Origin: Sphaerodactylus townsendi
Taxonomy: Eukaryota
Length of the DNA stretch: 64,000 bases
Assembly: GCF_021028975.2 (NCBI RefSeq)
Contig: NC_059428.1
Span: 64,046,001-64,110,000 of the forward strand
Direction of reading: 5' to 3'
Shown here piece after piece: positions 29,401 to 39,986 of this stretch (positions are counted from its first letter, which is position 1; each line of letters opens with the position of its first letter). Below the pieces are notes generated by a model. The model was not told where the DNA came from. It did no database searches and was given only the letters and a program-made list of their open reading frames with translations. Both the position numbers and the translations under genes were made by a program.

Positions 29401-32400
29401 CATTTATGGTAGTAAAATTAAACTTGGAAAAAAGTTATTTTATAAAATAGTTAACAATTATGCTTGCTTTTAGAGGATTTGTGCTGGTATTTTTAAAGCA
29501 CTGAATAATTCTGGTGACAAAGACAATGAGGAGCTAAAGAAGAAAATCAAAGGTAGCATAACTGTTACATTTGTCCATCCTTTTTGGTATTGTTTGGAAA
29601 AGGCTGGGTAGCTGTTCTGGCTGTGTGAATTCTGTCCCCAAAGGCCAGGGTGTGGTGGATGAGACAGCAGTGCAGTACAGTGGGATACAGCCCCCTCTGC
29701 CACCTTTTGCAAACTCAAATCTGATTTCGTGCTTATAGCTGATATCAGCATTTCCTCCCCTTTAGTCCTTCTTATAAAACTATTTTAGTCCAATCCGCTT
29801 TCTTTTGCCCTGCTTAGGATTTTTAGCTTTTTTACTTGCTCCAAGGATGGAGTTTGTATCTTTCTTATTCAAGTCATTGTTGCATGTTTTCTGAAAGCCC
29901 ACTTATTTCTCAGATAGAAATGTATTTGTTAGCATGTTGTTTCTCTTTTCAGAGTATTATAAGGGAAAGGCACCACATAGCTTTGTGGATCGTATTTTTG
30001 GGGGAGAATTAACAAGTACCATCATGTGTGAAGAGTGCCGAACTGTAAGTAGGTTTATATTGTTTACTTTAGTTACGTTTATTTAAATGGCAGTACTTCA
30101 TCATTGCTCATCCCATTGTTCATTCAGTTTTAGAGCAAGAGAATAATTTCTTGTTAACTTAAGGTAAATAACCATTTGGTTGGATTTTGACATTATTCTC
30201 TGTTAGACAAAGACTGGGCTTGAAAGATTTTCACTTAACAACAGAAAGCTTTAGACCACAACGTTGGTACTTACTTTATTCCAAGTTGGAGGTTCTGCCT
30301 TGTAGCTATAATTGTTCTGTGTCTATAGACTGGGTGGATTCTTTGGATAGTGTGATTCATGGAGCAGCCATAGCTTGTTTTAGGAGAAGAGGCATAGTAC
30401 TTAGCGGAAAATATAATAGTTTGCATGGAGCTGTGAGCATTCTTGCCTTATGATTCTTATTAATCTGGATGTTGGGTGCTCTCTGTTAATTTTGATTAAC
30501 ATATTTTTGACAAAAAAATTGATTAACATATTTTTGACAAACATATTTAAGAGTGCTGTAGAGCTACTTGGATGAGTCTTTTGGTTTAGAAAAATGAAAA
30601 TGTTTCAGAAGTGGCAACAGATTTATGAAGAAGTTACCTGGCTGGGGTATAATGATTTTAACTGCCAGGGCAATCTTTAGCAGAAGAAAAAATGGTGGAT
30701 AATATGCTAATAGTCCTATTCAAGTGCCAGTTGGCTGCCCATCGTAGCACAGTTGCGTCTTCACTCCCATAGAGGCTTCCCAGCAGAATGTTCAATGCCC
30801 CCAGCCCCCTACAGTGGTGGCAGGGGTTTGGGACGCTGGCATAGCGTCTGGCACTGCATCCCAGCACTGGGAAGGGCCTCAGTGACTGCACACCAGTGGA
30901 TTCACCACTCTGCTGGGGCAGGTGCCCCAAGGGGGGAATATCCTCCAGCATGGCCGCACATCACTCCCATGGGCAGATTCACACCCCTACCTTTGGATGA
31001 GGTCGTTCGTTATCTTAGTGCATAGAAGCATATAGGATGCTGAATTGAAAGTCAAGTGGTGTTACCTTTACACCTGTGGATTTTTGATAACATTCTATAT
31101 TGTGATATGCATGTTCAGCCCCAAATACCAGTCCAGTGTGTGTTGGTATTTTTTGCTTAAACCTTTGCATTCTAGCTCTCTTTTTTTTACCACTTCTGCT
31201 TTGAAATTCTCCAAAAAGAAAAAGCACCTTGGGGGTATATGGTGTTTTTCTTTTTTTCCCAGAAATTAATTCTGTTGATTCTGAAGTAAACTGCATCTTG
31301 CATATTTTCTTTCTGGGATCTAATGTTTGTTTTAATATTGCTTAAATTAGTTAGGTTTTTGTAACAATAGTTCAAATTATTTGTTTCAGGTTTCTTTAGT
31401 TCATGAGTCATTCCTTGATTTGTCACTCCCAGTCTTAAATGACCATGTAAGTATAGAAGGATGGGAGGGTTGGTTGTGGATTAAATTCATGGTTTGCTAC
31501 ATAGATCCTGAAGAGTTGGGAATGGAACATTATACAAATGAAACAAAATAGAAGTAAGTAACAGCAAAACTGTCATCATTTTCGTAAGACGTTTTGATGA
31601 TATTTTTGATAGGAAGCTCCTTAGTAAGTACTGAAGATAATTTTTTAAACTATCGTCATGTGGCAGCTTTTTAAATTGAAGATGCTTCTGTCTAGGATAA
31701 TACATGAAATCTCTCATGCCCTCAAATGTTCTTGGTGCAATGTTTTATGTGCAATGATGAGTTTAAAATAAAGCCAGCCTTACAATAGTAGCATATGCTA
31801 CTTTCTTCTGCTTCAGTTGTATGTTAGTGTGATGGTTTGTTTAAGAGGAAGAGACATCTGTGAGTCTAATTGTGAAAGGAAGCTCTATCCTTCATATTAT
31901 AAGCTGAATGAGACCAAGCTGATCCATGGAAAAATAAAGAAAAAGCTATAGTTTTCCAGCAAAAGATTACAAATACTAATTTTCAGTGGACTATTAGCAC
32001 TTTCCATCTTGGGCTGATTCCGCATGGGCCAAAAACAGTGGTGTGAAAACGGTGTGAAAACAGTATAAACCCTTTTACACCATTTTAAACCCTTTTACAC
32101 CATTTTCACACCGTTTTTAAACTGCTGTTTTTGGCCCATGCGGAATCAGCCTTGGAGATTTTCTTCTGTCCTTGATAGTGCAATGAGACAGATATGAGAT
32201 TAATCCATCATAGTGGAATTCAGTTCTTCTCCCTATTCTGAACTGTGCATCTTTTTTTTAAGAGTGATAAGAAGAGAACAAATGATAAAAATATTAAAAA
32301 AGTACAGGCAAAGGAGTTGGAAGATGAAGACAATAACACAGAAACTAACAGTTATTTGAAGGAGACTGATGAGGCTCCTGGGCCCAGTAAACACCTCCAG

Positions 32401-35400
32401 AAGAAGGCAAAGAAAATGGCCAAAAAGCAAGCAAAGGTTAGTAATGAGGTGGGGGTGTAGTGAGGCATAGAAGAACCTTTTGTTTTGTCTCCCTGCCCCT
32501 ATTTTTGGTGGGCACGGAAGTGTAAAGCAATTAAACAGTTGCATTTCAAATGTGTTTGGCACTTTAAAAGGATTATTTGAAAAAAGGCCCAAAAGAATCA
32601 ATATGATTCCTTTTGGGATGAGTAGCTTTATTTTACCAATGTTTGGTTTTCTCCTCCAGCTTTTTCTTATGTAAATTATTTGTACTATCTATTTATTTAT
32701 TTATACATTACATTTATACCCCACCTTTTTCTGGAAGACTCAAGGCGGCTATATGAACTGTTTCCAAATCATGCTCAATATTCCTTTCAAACACCATGTT
32801 TGAGAAGACACTTTATTACCTGAAATTGCAAGCTGTATACATCTCAGTATTGTGGATCTGAAAAAAGCTTAACAGCCCTATCCAAAGTCAAGGGCTGAAT
32901 CTCTGTGCCACTGCCAGCTAGTGAGGGTGAGCTGGGGGCATGGCTAGGGAAGGAGCCATCATTAGTCAGCTTCCTCCCAGCCATTACCCAATTATGCTGG
33001 CAGCCGGATCTTTGGTCTTATGCCACCAAAATCCATCAAGCTCAATGGGGATTTCGTGGTGGTGGGGTGGCTGTTTTGCGTTTTAAGTTTCCCCACGCCA
33101 CCAGGAAGCCTTCCTGGGAGTGGCAGGCCAGTGCAACTGTGGCTGAGCACCCAGCCCATTGGATAGGGCTGTAAAACAGATTTTCCTAAAAAGGTGTTTG
33201 CTTTCTTCATCTCCTCTCCAAGCCCATCTCCCAACCATAACCCTTTGGAAAGTGAATATATAAATATATTTGTAACTGTTGTCTTGGATGCACTTTTAAT
33301 TCACTGTGACTACACACACTGCATAGAATTCACTACAACATGTACTTTGCACAATATAATCTGGGTTGCATCCAGATGACATCCTGTTTAAGAGGGGCAT
33401 CTTACTTACATAAGAGAGGGGTGGGGACTATCTTGCCTGATGTGCCTCTTCACATGGTTCCCATGACCCTTGGTTGCAAGTTTCTATTGGAGGGGGATGC
33501 TGTTGGGAAGGGGTATCTGCTTGGAATACTCTGTATTTAATATTTTGTACAACATACATTGAGTGTATTGTTCATTTGAATTCCCTCTTAAATTAAGTAT
33601 AATTTCACTTGACAGAATCAGCGTCGACAGCAAAAACTTCAAGAAAAGGTGATCCATCTAACAGATCCTTGTGTCACAGAAGAAATTGAAGTTGGTCAAA
33701 ATTGCAGGAAAGAAGCAGAAAGGAGCAGTGAGGTTACTGACCTAAAACAAGAGGAAGAATCGTTAAACCAGTGTGACAAACACTATGCAGATGAAAAAGA
33801 AAACAATGGTGAACATGAGATAACAAAAGAGGTGCAAAAACTAGAGGAAGAATCCTTAAACCAATGTGAAGAACACTGTGTGGATGAAAAAGAAAACAAT
33901 GGTCGACATGAGATAACAAAAGAGGTGCAAAAACAAGAGGAAGAATCCTTAAACCAATGTGAAGAACAGTATGCGGATGAAAAAGAAAACAATGGTCGAC
34001 ATGAGATAACAAAAGAGGTGCAAAATACAGAAAAATGTAGTGAAAATACAGAATGTTGTGACAAAGAGGCAAACGGTGAAGCTGCTACAGATTTTCCTGT
34101 AGGAGATGTGGTTTCTGCTGTGGAGTGTGTGAATAAATTTGATCACCTGACTCTCAGGGAAGACGAGATGTCTAAGGAAGAAAAGGAGCTTTCTAAGAAA
34201 GACAAGATTGCTGAGGAAGATGAGGACATTTCTCACATCTTTAATGAATTATCCTTGGATGTAGAGTCTGATAATATGGATATTGCATATGAACTTGATT
34301 CTGATTCAAAAATCTATGAAGTAGTGAATGTGGATTCAGAAACTGCATTTTGTACTTTAGCAAACAGAGAGATGATAAGCTTGGAAGAAGGTTCAGTCCT
34401 TCATTGTTTGTATCAGTTTACTCGTAACGAAAAGCTCTGTGAAAATAATAAACTCCTCTGTGATGTATGCACACGAAGGCAACTCTCTGGACCAAAGAAT
34501 GCTGCAACAAGTATGCTAAGGCATTTCTTTTCTTACTGATTCTACTTTGCATATGTGATTATGATTAGTAGTAATTTTGTTGAAACAGGGAAGATCTCAC
34601 TTCCATAAAAGCATATGAGAGTTTAATTAAAGCATTTTAGCCTACATTTCTCTGAAGCTGGATTCAAAGGATGTAGTTTCACATAACAAGTGGGGCTTAA
34701 AAATCTTAATTACCAATGTAAGGCGCATACAGTTTGTAGAAGTAATTTTTTGAAAGCTGGCAGAAGGGAATGGGACTAATGGCTGATGTTAGCAGTTTTG
34801 CAACCTTTAGTGTAGAATTTGTGAGGCTTGTCTGGTGAGCCAGTCTTACTTTGTCCCCATAGTTGATCATATCCATGAAAAAGGGCAGGGCAAGATTAAT
34901 CTCTATATCTGGACCTGGTCCACCCACCCTTGCGGAGGGAGGGAGGGGTGGCATGCAAGGGAGATCAAATTTCTCAAGAAGCATCCATGTTTCCCGAGGT
35001 GGTCCCGTACCCAATCTTAGCTTTGATGGCACTTCTGTCCATTTATTCTAGGCCATCTCCTTTCCCCCCGCTATTAATTCAGCTAGTTGCATCGTCTGCT
35101 GTGATGTATACATCTGTTAGGTTCCTTTTCCTCCCCCCCCCCCCCATTTCCACTTGGCTGAAGAGTGCAACTGGAGGGATGTAATCTCAAAAAGTAGTTA
35201 TTTTCTTTTTTAGATAAGCAATGCTAACTTTCCTTCAGTGGATATGTAAAATGGCTATGGGCCTATGTAAATTTGTAAAAAAATTGTAAAGGTTGAGACT
35301 AAAGAGATAACATATGGGGAAAAGAGTGGCAGAAACTGGTGTTTTTACCCTTATTGATAGTCTAGCCAAATTTCAGCTGATTTGTTTGAATTTCATTGTA

Positions 35401-38400
35401 AAAGAGAAAAACATATGATTAGCCTTTGTCGTTGAAATTAGTGGGCCTTGAAATTCTTAATTTATTGGGGGAGAGAGTGCCTGGAGTTCAGACTAGATCT
35501 GTGCAACTTAACAGCAGGTGGTATTGTTGAATATCTAATCAATTGTGTTCTTTTTTCTTCCCCCAGACACCAAGAAACACATATACACTAATGCCAAAAA
35601 ACAAATGCTTATATCCCTTGCTCCTCCAATATTAATTCTTCATTTAAAGAGATTTCAGCAGGTATAATTAACTTTAAAAAAATCTTACATTGTTTCTTTA
35701 GTACTCCTTGGATTATTATTTATGTATTAATTGAATTATATGCCGCCTTTTCCCTTATGCCACCCTTCCCCTTTCTGGTACATGACATTTGCTGTCAGCT
35801 AGAAAAGAGTAGCAATTGGCCTGAGTGGGTTGTCTCTTTACATTGATTTGTAATACTCAGATTTATAATTCAATATGTTGCCTTTTCTTGTTAAAGAACA
35901 ATAGGTTCTACCAATTCTTTTTTGTTTACTTCTTTGCTTGATTTACCTTCCCCCCCACCCCCCACCCCCACCCCACAGGCTCGGTACAATCTCCAAAAAG
36001 TGAACAAGCACATAAAATTTCCTGAAATAATGGATTTGGCACCTTTCTGCTCGGTTAAGTGTAAGGTAAGCATTCAGATTTCATATTTATGCACAATCCA
36101 GCACAGGGGCTTGCTATGTATATGACATGGGTGTACAAGCCAAAAAGCTAGAATTGGTTAGAGTCGCAAAAATATGTAATTCAGTGGAATGGCATGTATA
36201 TTCTCTTGCCACCCCAAAATTGATTGTAGAACATATTTAGAAATGTAGTTGCCAGGCCAGAAAACTGTCTTCTAATTTTGCTGCTGTCCAGATGTATAGA
36301 ATTCCTGTCAGGTTATAGAACTGAATGTCTCCCACCTAGGCAGGCCTGCATGGGAGGGAAGAGTTGGGGAGGGGTAGGTGACATGCAGATCTGAAAGAAG
36401 CCTTTGCTCCAGGACGAACAGACTTTGTAGTTACTTCTTGGCCAACTATCAAAGGTAAGAACTACTTTATTGTTTCCAACTAAGGTCCATCTAATGCCTC
36501 TGCCTTGTGCAGTGCCTAGCCAGATGACCTTGGGAACTTGTCATTCCTTGTTGCTGGTCTGTGGCATGTTGCTTGTATTGCTACCCTAAGTTGGTAGTCT
36601 CCACTTTAATTAGGGAAATTAGCTGCGACAGAGAGCAGGGAGGGGAGGTAACTAGAATTGATAATCTATATGCACCAGGATAATTCTGTGAAAACTCACA
36701 TCAGCAGGCAGCTGTACAATTAATAAATTGACCTACAAAATGGGTCCCAAACCCCTCTGAAAGGCATCCATTTTGTGGGGAGCAGTGTTGCTCTTATTCC
36801 AGTCTTTGGATCCTTTGTCTTTGTGCACTTTTAACAGGAGGAGCAGCTCAATTGGTTACACTATGTTCATATTCATGTACTACCTGCATGTCCATCCTTG
36901 CAGTACTGGGCAGCATGTTCAGTTGGGAACACAGATGGCACTCATAGGGAGGGAAGGAGTGTTTTTAATATTGCACCGTTTATGTTTTTTAATGTTTTTA
37001 AGGATTGTACATTGATTTTCTGTTGTAACCCACCCTGAGCCCTGTGGGGATAGGCCAGGATATAAATTTTAAAAATGAATAAATAAATGTGAATGTGTTG
37101 TGCGCATTAGTGGCTGTGGGCCCTGCCATAAGTCTTGAGCCATGACAGCTGCCCCCATCCCCCCCCCCCCCTGTCATGGTATGCATATGTGGGTGTGTAC
37201 CTCAGATAGAATTAGATATGAATGTTCTGTGCTTTGTAATTTATACCCAAAGTGTGTTTACAACATTAACAAGGTCAAGGCATGCAGTTAAGACAAGTCC
37301 CATTTCTCTGGTGAGATATAATATGGGGGGGAGGAGGGCACTATGGTCAAGTTAGTTTCTAGCATCTGGCTTGGCTCAATTGTTGACTGTTCTTAACTGC
37401 AGCTGGCCCTTTAAATTGGCTGGATGGGAAATCTCTTGGAAATGAAAGCCAATATGATATCATGGTTTAGTATATTGCAGTAGAATTTGTATGGTGCATT
37501 AATACAGCATTTCTGCTGCGGATTTAAATAGGCTTTCAGCTAGACATGAGCATTAAAAACTGTTGGCAAATTTTGGGCTCTTTTTTTTAATGCAGAAGTT
37601 TTCAGTAGAGCTGTTCCTGAAAATATCCCGGTTAAAACCCAAACCCATTTTTTTTTCATTCCCCCCCAGGGGGAAGGGAGGTGAGAACTGCCCCTGCCAA
37701 GGTGCATAGTGACATAGAGATGTGTCTGTCTCCCTTCCTCACTGATGCTTTGCAAGCCCCAGAGGGACAAATCTTTCCATGTTCAGCATGGCGAACCTCT
37801 CTCCACTTTCAGCCCTTTCTAGGCCCCAGAGAACTTGGAAAGCATCAGCAGGTGACAGATCTCCATGCTGCAATGAACCTTCTCAACTCTCTACCTCACC
37901 TGCTCCACTGGCTCACAAGTCCATGGATGGGAAAGATCTAAAAAGCCAGATGTTATTTGGCTATTTCAACCCTAGGTGTATTTAACTTTTTTAACACACC
38001 TGAGGTTTTTTATTGGTAAAAGGATCTCCCCCAAAAAGCCATGTTTATTGACAACAGTAGACCAAACTACTTAAAAGTACTCTGGATATATAATTCTATT
38101 TTCACAGAATGTTGTGGAGGGGAGTCAAAGAGTATTATACTCTTTGTATGGTGTTGTTGAACACAGTGGTACTATGAGGTCTGGTCACTACACTGCATAT
38201 GTGAAGACAAGAACTGCCAACAACCAACTTTCTGATCTTGTGCTCCATGGCAAGATTGAACAAAGTAAGTAGGATACAGTAACCTAGAATGTCAGATGAA
38301 AAATAATTAATTCCTACAAGATAATGTAATAGTATTAATATTTACACTTCTGTTTTGCAGTTTCGGAAAAAGAAGCTTCCAAAGGACAGTGGTTTCACAT

Positions 38401-38485
38401 TAGCGATACCCATGTGCAAGTAGTATCTGTATCAAAAGTGCTGAGTGCACAAGCATATCTCCTATTCTATGAGCAACTACTGTAA
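20373..38485 (+). CDS. USP16: Ubiquitin carboxyl-terminal hydrolase 16 (ZnF-UBP + USP domain), 904 aa
   Basis: 17 GT-AG coding exons total 2715 nt in frame. ZnF-UBP (CQDC...[12 protein letters not shown]...HALKHY), Cys box [19 protein letters not shown], His box [10 protein letters not shown] and WFHISDT are all intact. Confidence 0.97.
20879..21167 (+). mobile_element. tRNA-derived SINE (Squam3/MIR-like)
   Basis: A-box TGGTGTAGTGG, B-box GGTTTGATTCC, CORE-like GTGACCTTGGGC, (TTC)n tail; similar to 28619-28951 and 38750-39058. Confidence 0.85.
21679..21860 (+). CDS. USP16: USP16 exon 3
   Basis: [13 protein letters not shown]...WLCLKCGHR|GTATA. Confidence 0.94.
22028..22131 (+). CDS. USP16: USP16 exon 4
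   Basis: [34 protein letters not shown](W)|GTAAG. Confidence 0.94.
23529..23632 (+). CDS. USP16: USP16 exon 5
   Basis: [26 protein letters not shown]...|GTAAG. Confidence 0.93.
24454..24641 (+). CDS. USP16: USP16 exon 6 (Cys box)
   Basis: ...[18 protein letters not shown]|GTATG. Confidence 0.94.
26125..26220 (+). CDS. USP16: USP16 exon 7
   Basis: [32 protein letters not shown]|GTAGG. Confidence 0.9.
27448..27578 (+). CDS. USP16: USP16 exon 8
   Basis: [21 protein letters not shown]...ELFSQVCK(K)|GTGAG. Confidence 0.94.
28426..28513 (+). CDS. USP16: USP16 exon 9
   Basis: [29 protein letters not shown]|GTATG. Confidence 0.94.
28619..28951 (-). mobile_element. tRNA-derived SINE (Squam3-like) with duplicated 5' head
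   Basis: Reverse complement of the same family; (GAA)n tail at 28619. Confidence 0.85.
29474..29552 (+). CDS. USP16: USP16 exon 10
   Basis: [26 protein letters not shown]|GTAGC; phase is consistent with flanking exons. Confidence 0.9.
29953..30044 (+). CDS. USP16: USP16 exon 11
   Basis: [22 protein letters not shown]|GTAAG. Confidence 0.94.
31390..31446 (+). CDS. USP16: USP16 exon 12
   Basis: [19 protein letters not shown]|GTAAG. Confidence 0.93.
32012..32151. mobile_element. Palindromic MITE with 3-bp TSD (PIF/Harbinger-like)
   Basis: 27-bp perfect TIR GGCTGATTCCGCATGGGCCAAAAACAG, TSD TTG, internal short tandem repeats. Confidence 0.8.
32263..32436 (+). CDS. USP16: USP16 exon 13
   Basis: SDKKRTND...[17 protein letters not shown]|GTTAG. 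Confidence 0.93.
33616..34510 (+). CDS. USP16: USP16 exon 14 (895 nt, contains the tandem repeat)
   Basis: [15 protein letters not shown]...[11 protein letters not shown]...[15 protein letters not shown]...[10 protein letters not shown]...|GTATG. Confidence 0.94.
33745..34023 (+). repeat. Coding tandem repeat, 3 x 93 nt (31 aa), in USP16 exon 14
   Basis: Units start at 33745, 33838 and 33931; consensus [31 protein letters not shown]. Confidence 0.97.
35567..35661 (+). CDS. USP16: USP16 exon 15
   Basis: [29 protein letters not shown]|GTATA. Confidence 0.94.
35979..36065 (+). CDS. USP16: USP16 exon 16
   Basis: [29 protein letters not shown]|GTAAG. Confidence 0.94.
38108..38264 (+). CDS. USP16: USP16 exon 17 (His box)
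   Basis: [24 protein letters not shown]...|GTAAG. Confidence 0.95.
38361..38485 (+). CDS. USP16: USP16 last coding exon
   Basis: [34 protein letters not shown] (TAA at 38483-38485). Confidence 0.95.
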
Positions 38486-38640
38486 ATGAACTACTTGATC
38501 CTTTCTCTGCAAACTAAATTAAATGAAACCCAGGGAAGTTGTTTCAAAACTATAATCATGTTTAGTCTGGTGAATATACTGTGTACAGCTGTTATCAATC
38601 ACCTGCATTTCAACAGAGCAAATTTACTTTCAGGATTTTA

Positions 38641-38660
38641 AATAAAAATACTTTAATAAA
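38641..38660 (+). terminator. Candidate USP16 polyadenylation signals (two AATAAA)
   Basis: AATAAA at 38641-38646 and 38655-38660, about 160 nt after the stop codon. Confidence 0.6.
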
Positions 38661-38749
38661 AGAAATCTTTTTCTTCAATAGAGTAACTAACAGGACAGTT
38701 TAAGCTACAGCTGACTAAAGGGCATGTGCATCTAGACATTCTTCCTATA

Positions 38750-39058
38750 GGAGCAGCAGTGGCGTGGGGGGGGGGCGGGGGGGGGGGAAGAGCTTGTGTA
38801 TCTAATCTGGAGAAACCGGATTTGATTCCCAGCTCTGCTGCCTGAGTTGTGGAGGTTTATCTGGGGAATTCAGATTAGCCTGTACACTCCCATGCACGCC
38901 AGCTGAGTGACCTTGGGCTAGTCACAGCTTCTTGGAGCTGTCTCAGCCCCACCTACCTCATAGGGTGTTGGAAGGGGGGAAGGGCAAGGAGATTGTAAGC
39001 CCCTTTGAGTCTCCTGCAGGAGAGAAAGGGGGGATATAAATCCAAACTCTTCTTCTTC
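38750..39058 (+). mobile_element. tRNA-derived SINE (Squam3-like) downstream of the USP16 poly(A) signals
   Basis: Same family; (TTC)n tail; CTATAG at both junctions. Confidence 0.85.
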
Positions 39059-39908
39059 TATAGCATAAATTCTGGTCCTCACAGATGTGCAAGTTGAAAA
39101 CTTACAATTCAGACTGTGTAAAATTATCCTAAGTTCAATATTTGTTTGCAGAGTTTACAGTAGTTTTGACACAGCCAGCTTTGCACATTTTTTAAAGTGG
39201 TCAGCTCCAAGAAGCTGTGAGTCATGGGGAGGGGTTAGCATTTTTAAAATATACAGGCCTAGAAGGGACTAGGATGTAACCTTGTAATTTTATTACGTAC
39301 CTACTGTTGTCCTTAGGTTTAGCTGTTTCATAAGTAAAATGGACAAGCGTATGGAGCTTTTTTTGGAACGTAAATGGACAAGGAAAGCAGATATCACTCC
39401 CACAATAGTTAATCTTTTTAAACTATGAAGGGAAAGAAGATATCTATGCTTTTCAAAAACACTTTGGGGGATAAAAATGCAAACTTTTCAGCTTAAAATT
39501 AAGCTATGGCTGGTGGAAGGAACAGATTTCTTTCAGAGTTGTTGGAGCAAAGACTAAATTTACTTACTAGGATAGATTGAACCATACTCCAATATCTTCA
39601 GACTAGAACCAAAAGGTTTACAATGTAAAACATTTCAATTAATAAACTTTGTTACAGTTTAACAGTAGAAGTGACATACCTCTCCCTCTATATATAGTCC
39701 ATTTGAAATAACTGGCTTATTACAAAGAAACAATCCATATGTATACAACTGTTTTATAATATTTTATTACAATTCGAAAGTTAACATTAGAACAGGTGGA
39801 AACATTTAATTGAAGTTGCGGTATAGGACAAGCATCTAATAGAGATTAATCTCATAATTTAGGTGATCAACACTAATACACAATCTGCTCAGAAACTGCA
39901 GTAGCACT

Positions 39909-39986
39909 TCAGTCATTTTGGTCATCATCCAAATCTTTCTTCCCTGATGGAGGCTTCGGACCACCAGCTGGCTTTGCCATGATGAT
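39909..39986 (-). CDS. CCT8: CCT8 canonical (distal) terminal exon 15b
   Basis: TTTTTTCTTCTAG|IIMAKPAGGPKPPSGKKDLDDDQND*; AATAAA on the minus strand at 39763-39768. Confidence 0.95.
   Translation of the reverse strand: MIMAKPAGGPKPPSGKKDLDDDQND

Noticed and set aside
30492-30548. 27-bp-period tandem duplication TTGATTAACATATTTTTGACAAA
   Set aside because: Ordinary intronic slippage duplication with two units; not a CRISPR-like array.
33734-34236. Repetitive minus-strand ORFs
   Set aside because: Antisense shadows of the USP16 exon 14 tandem repeat.
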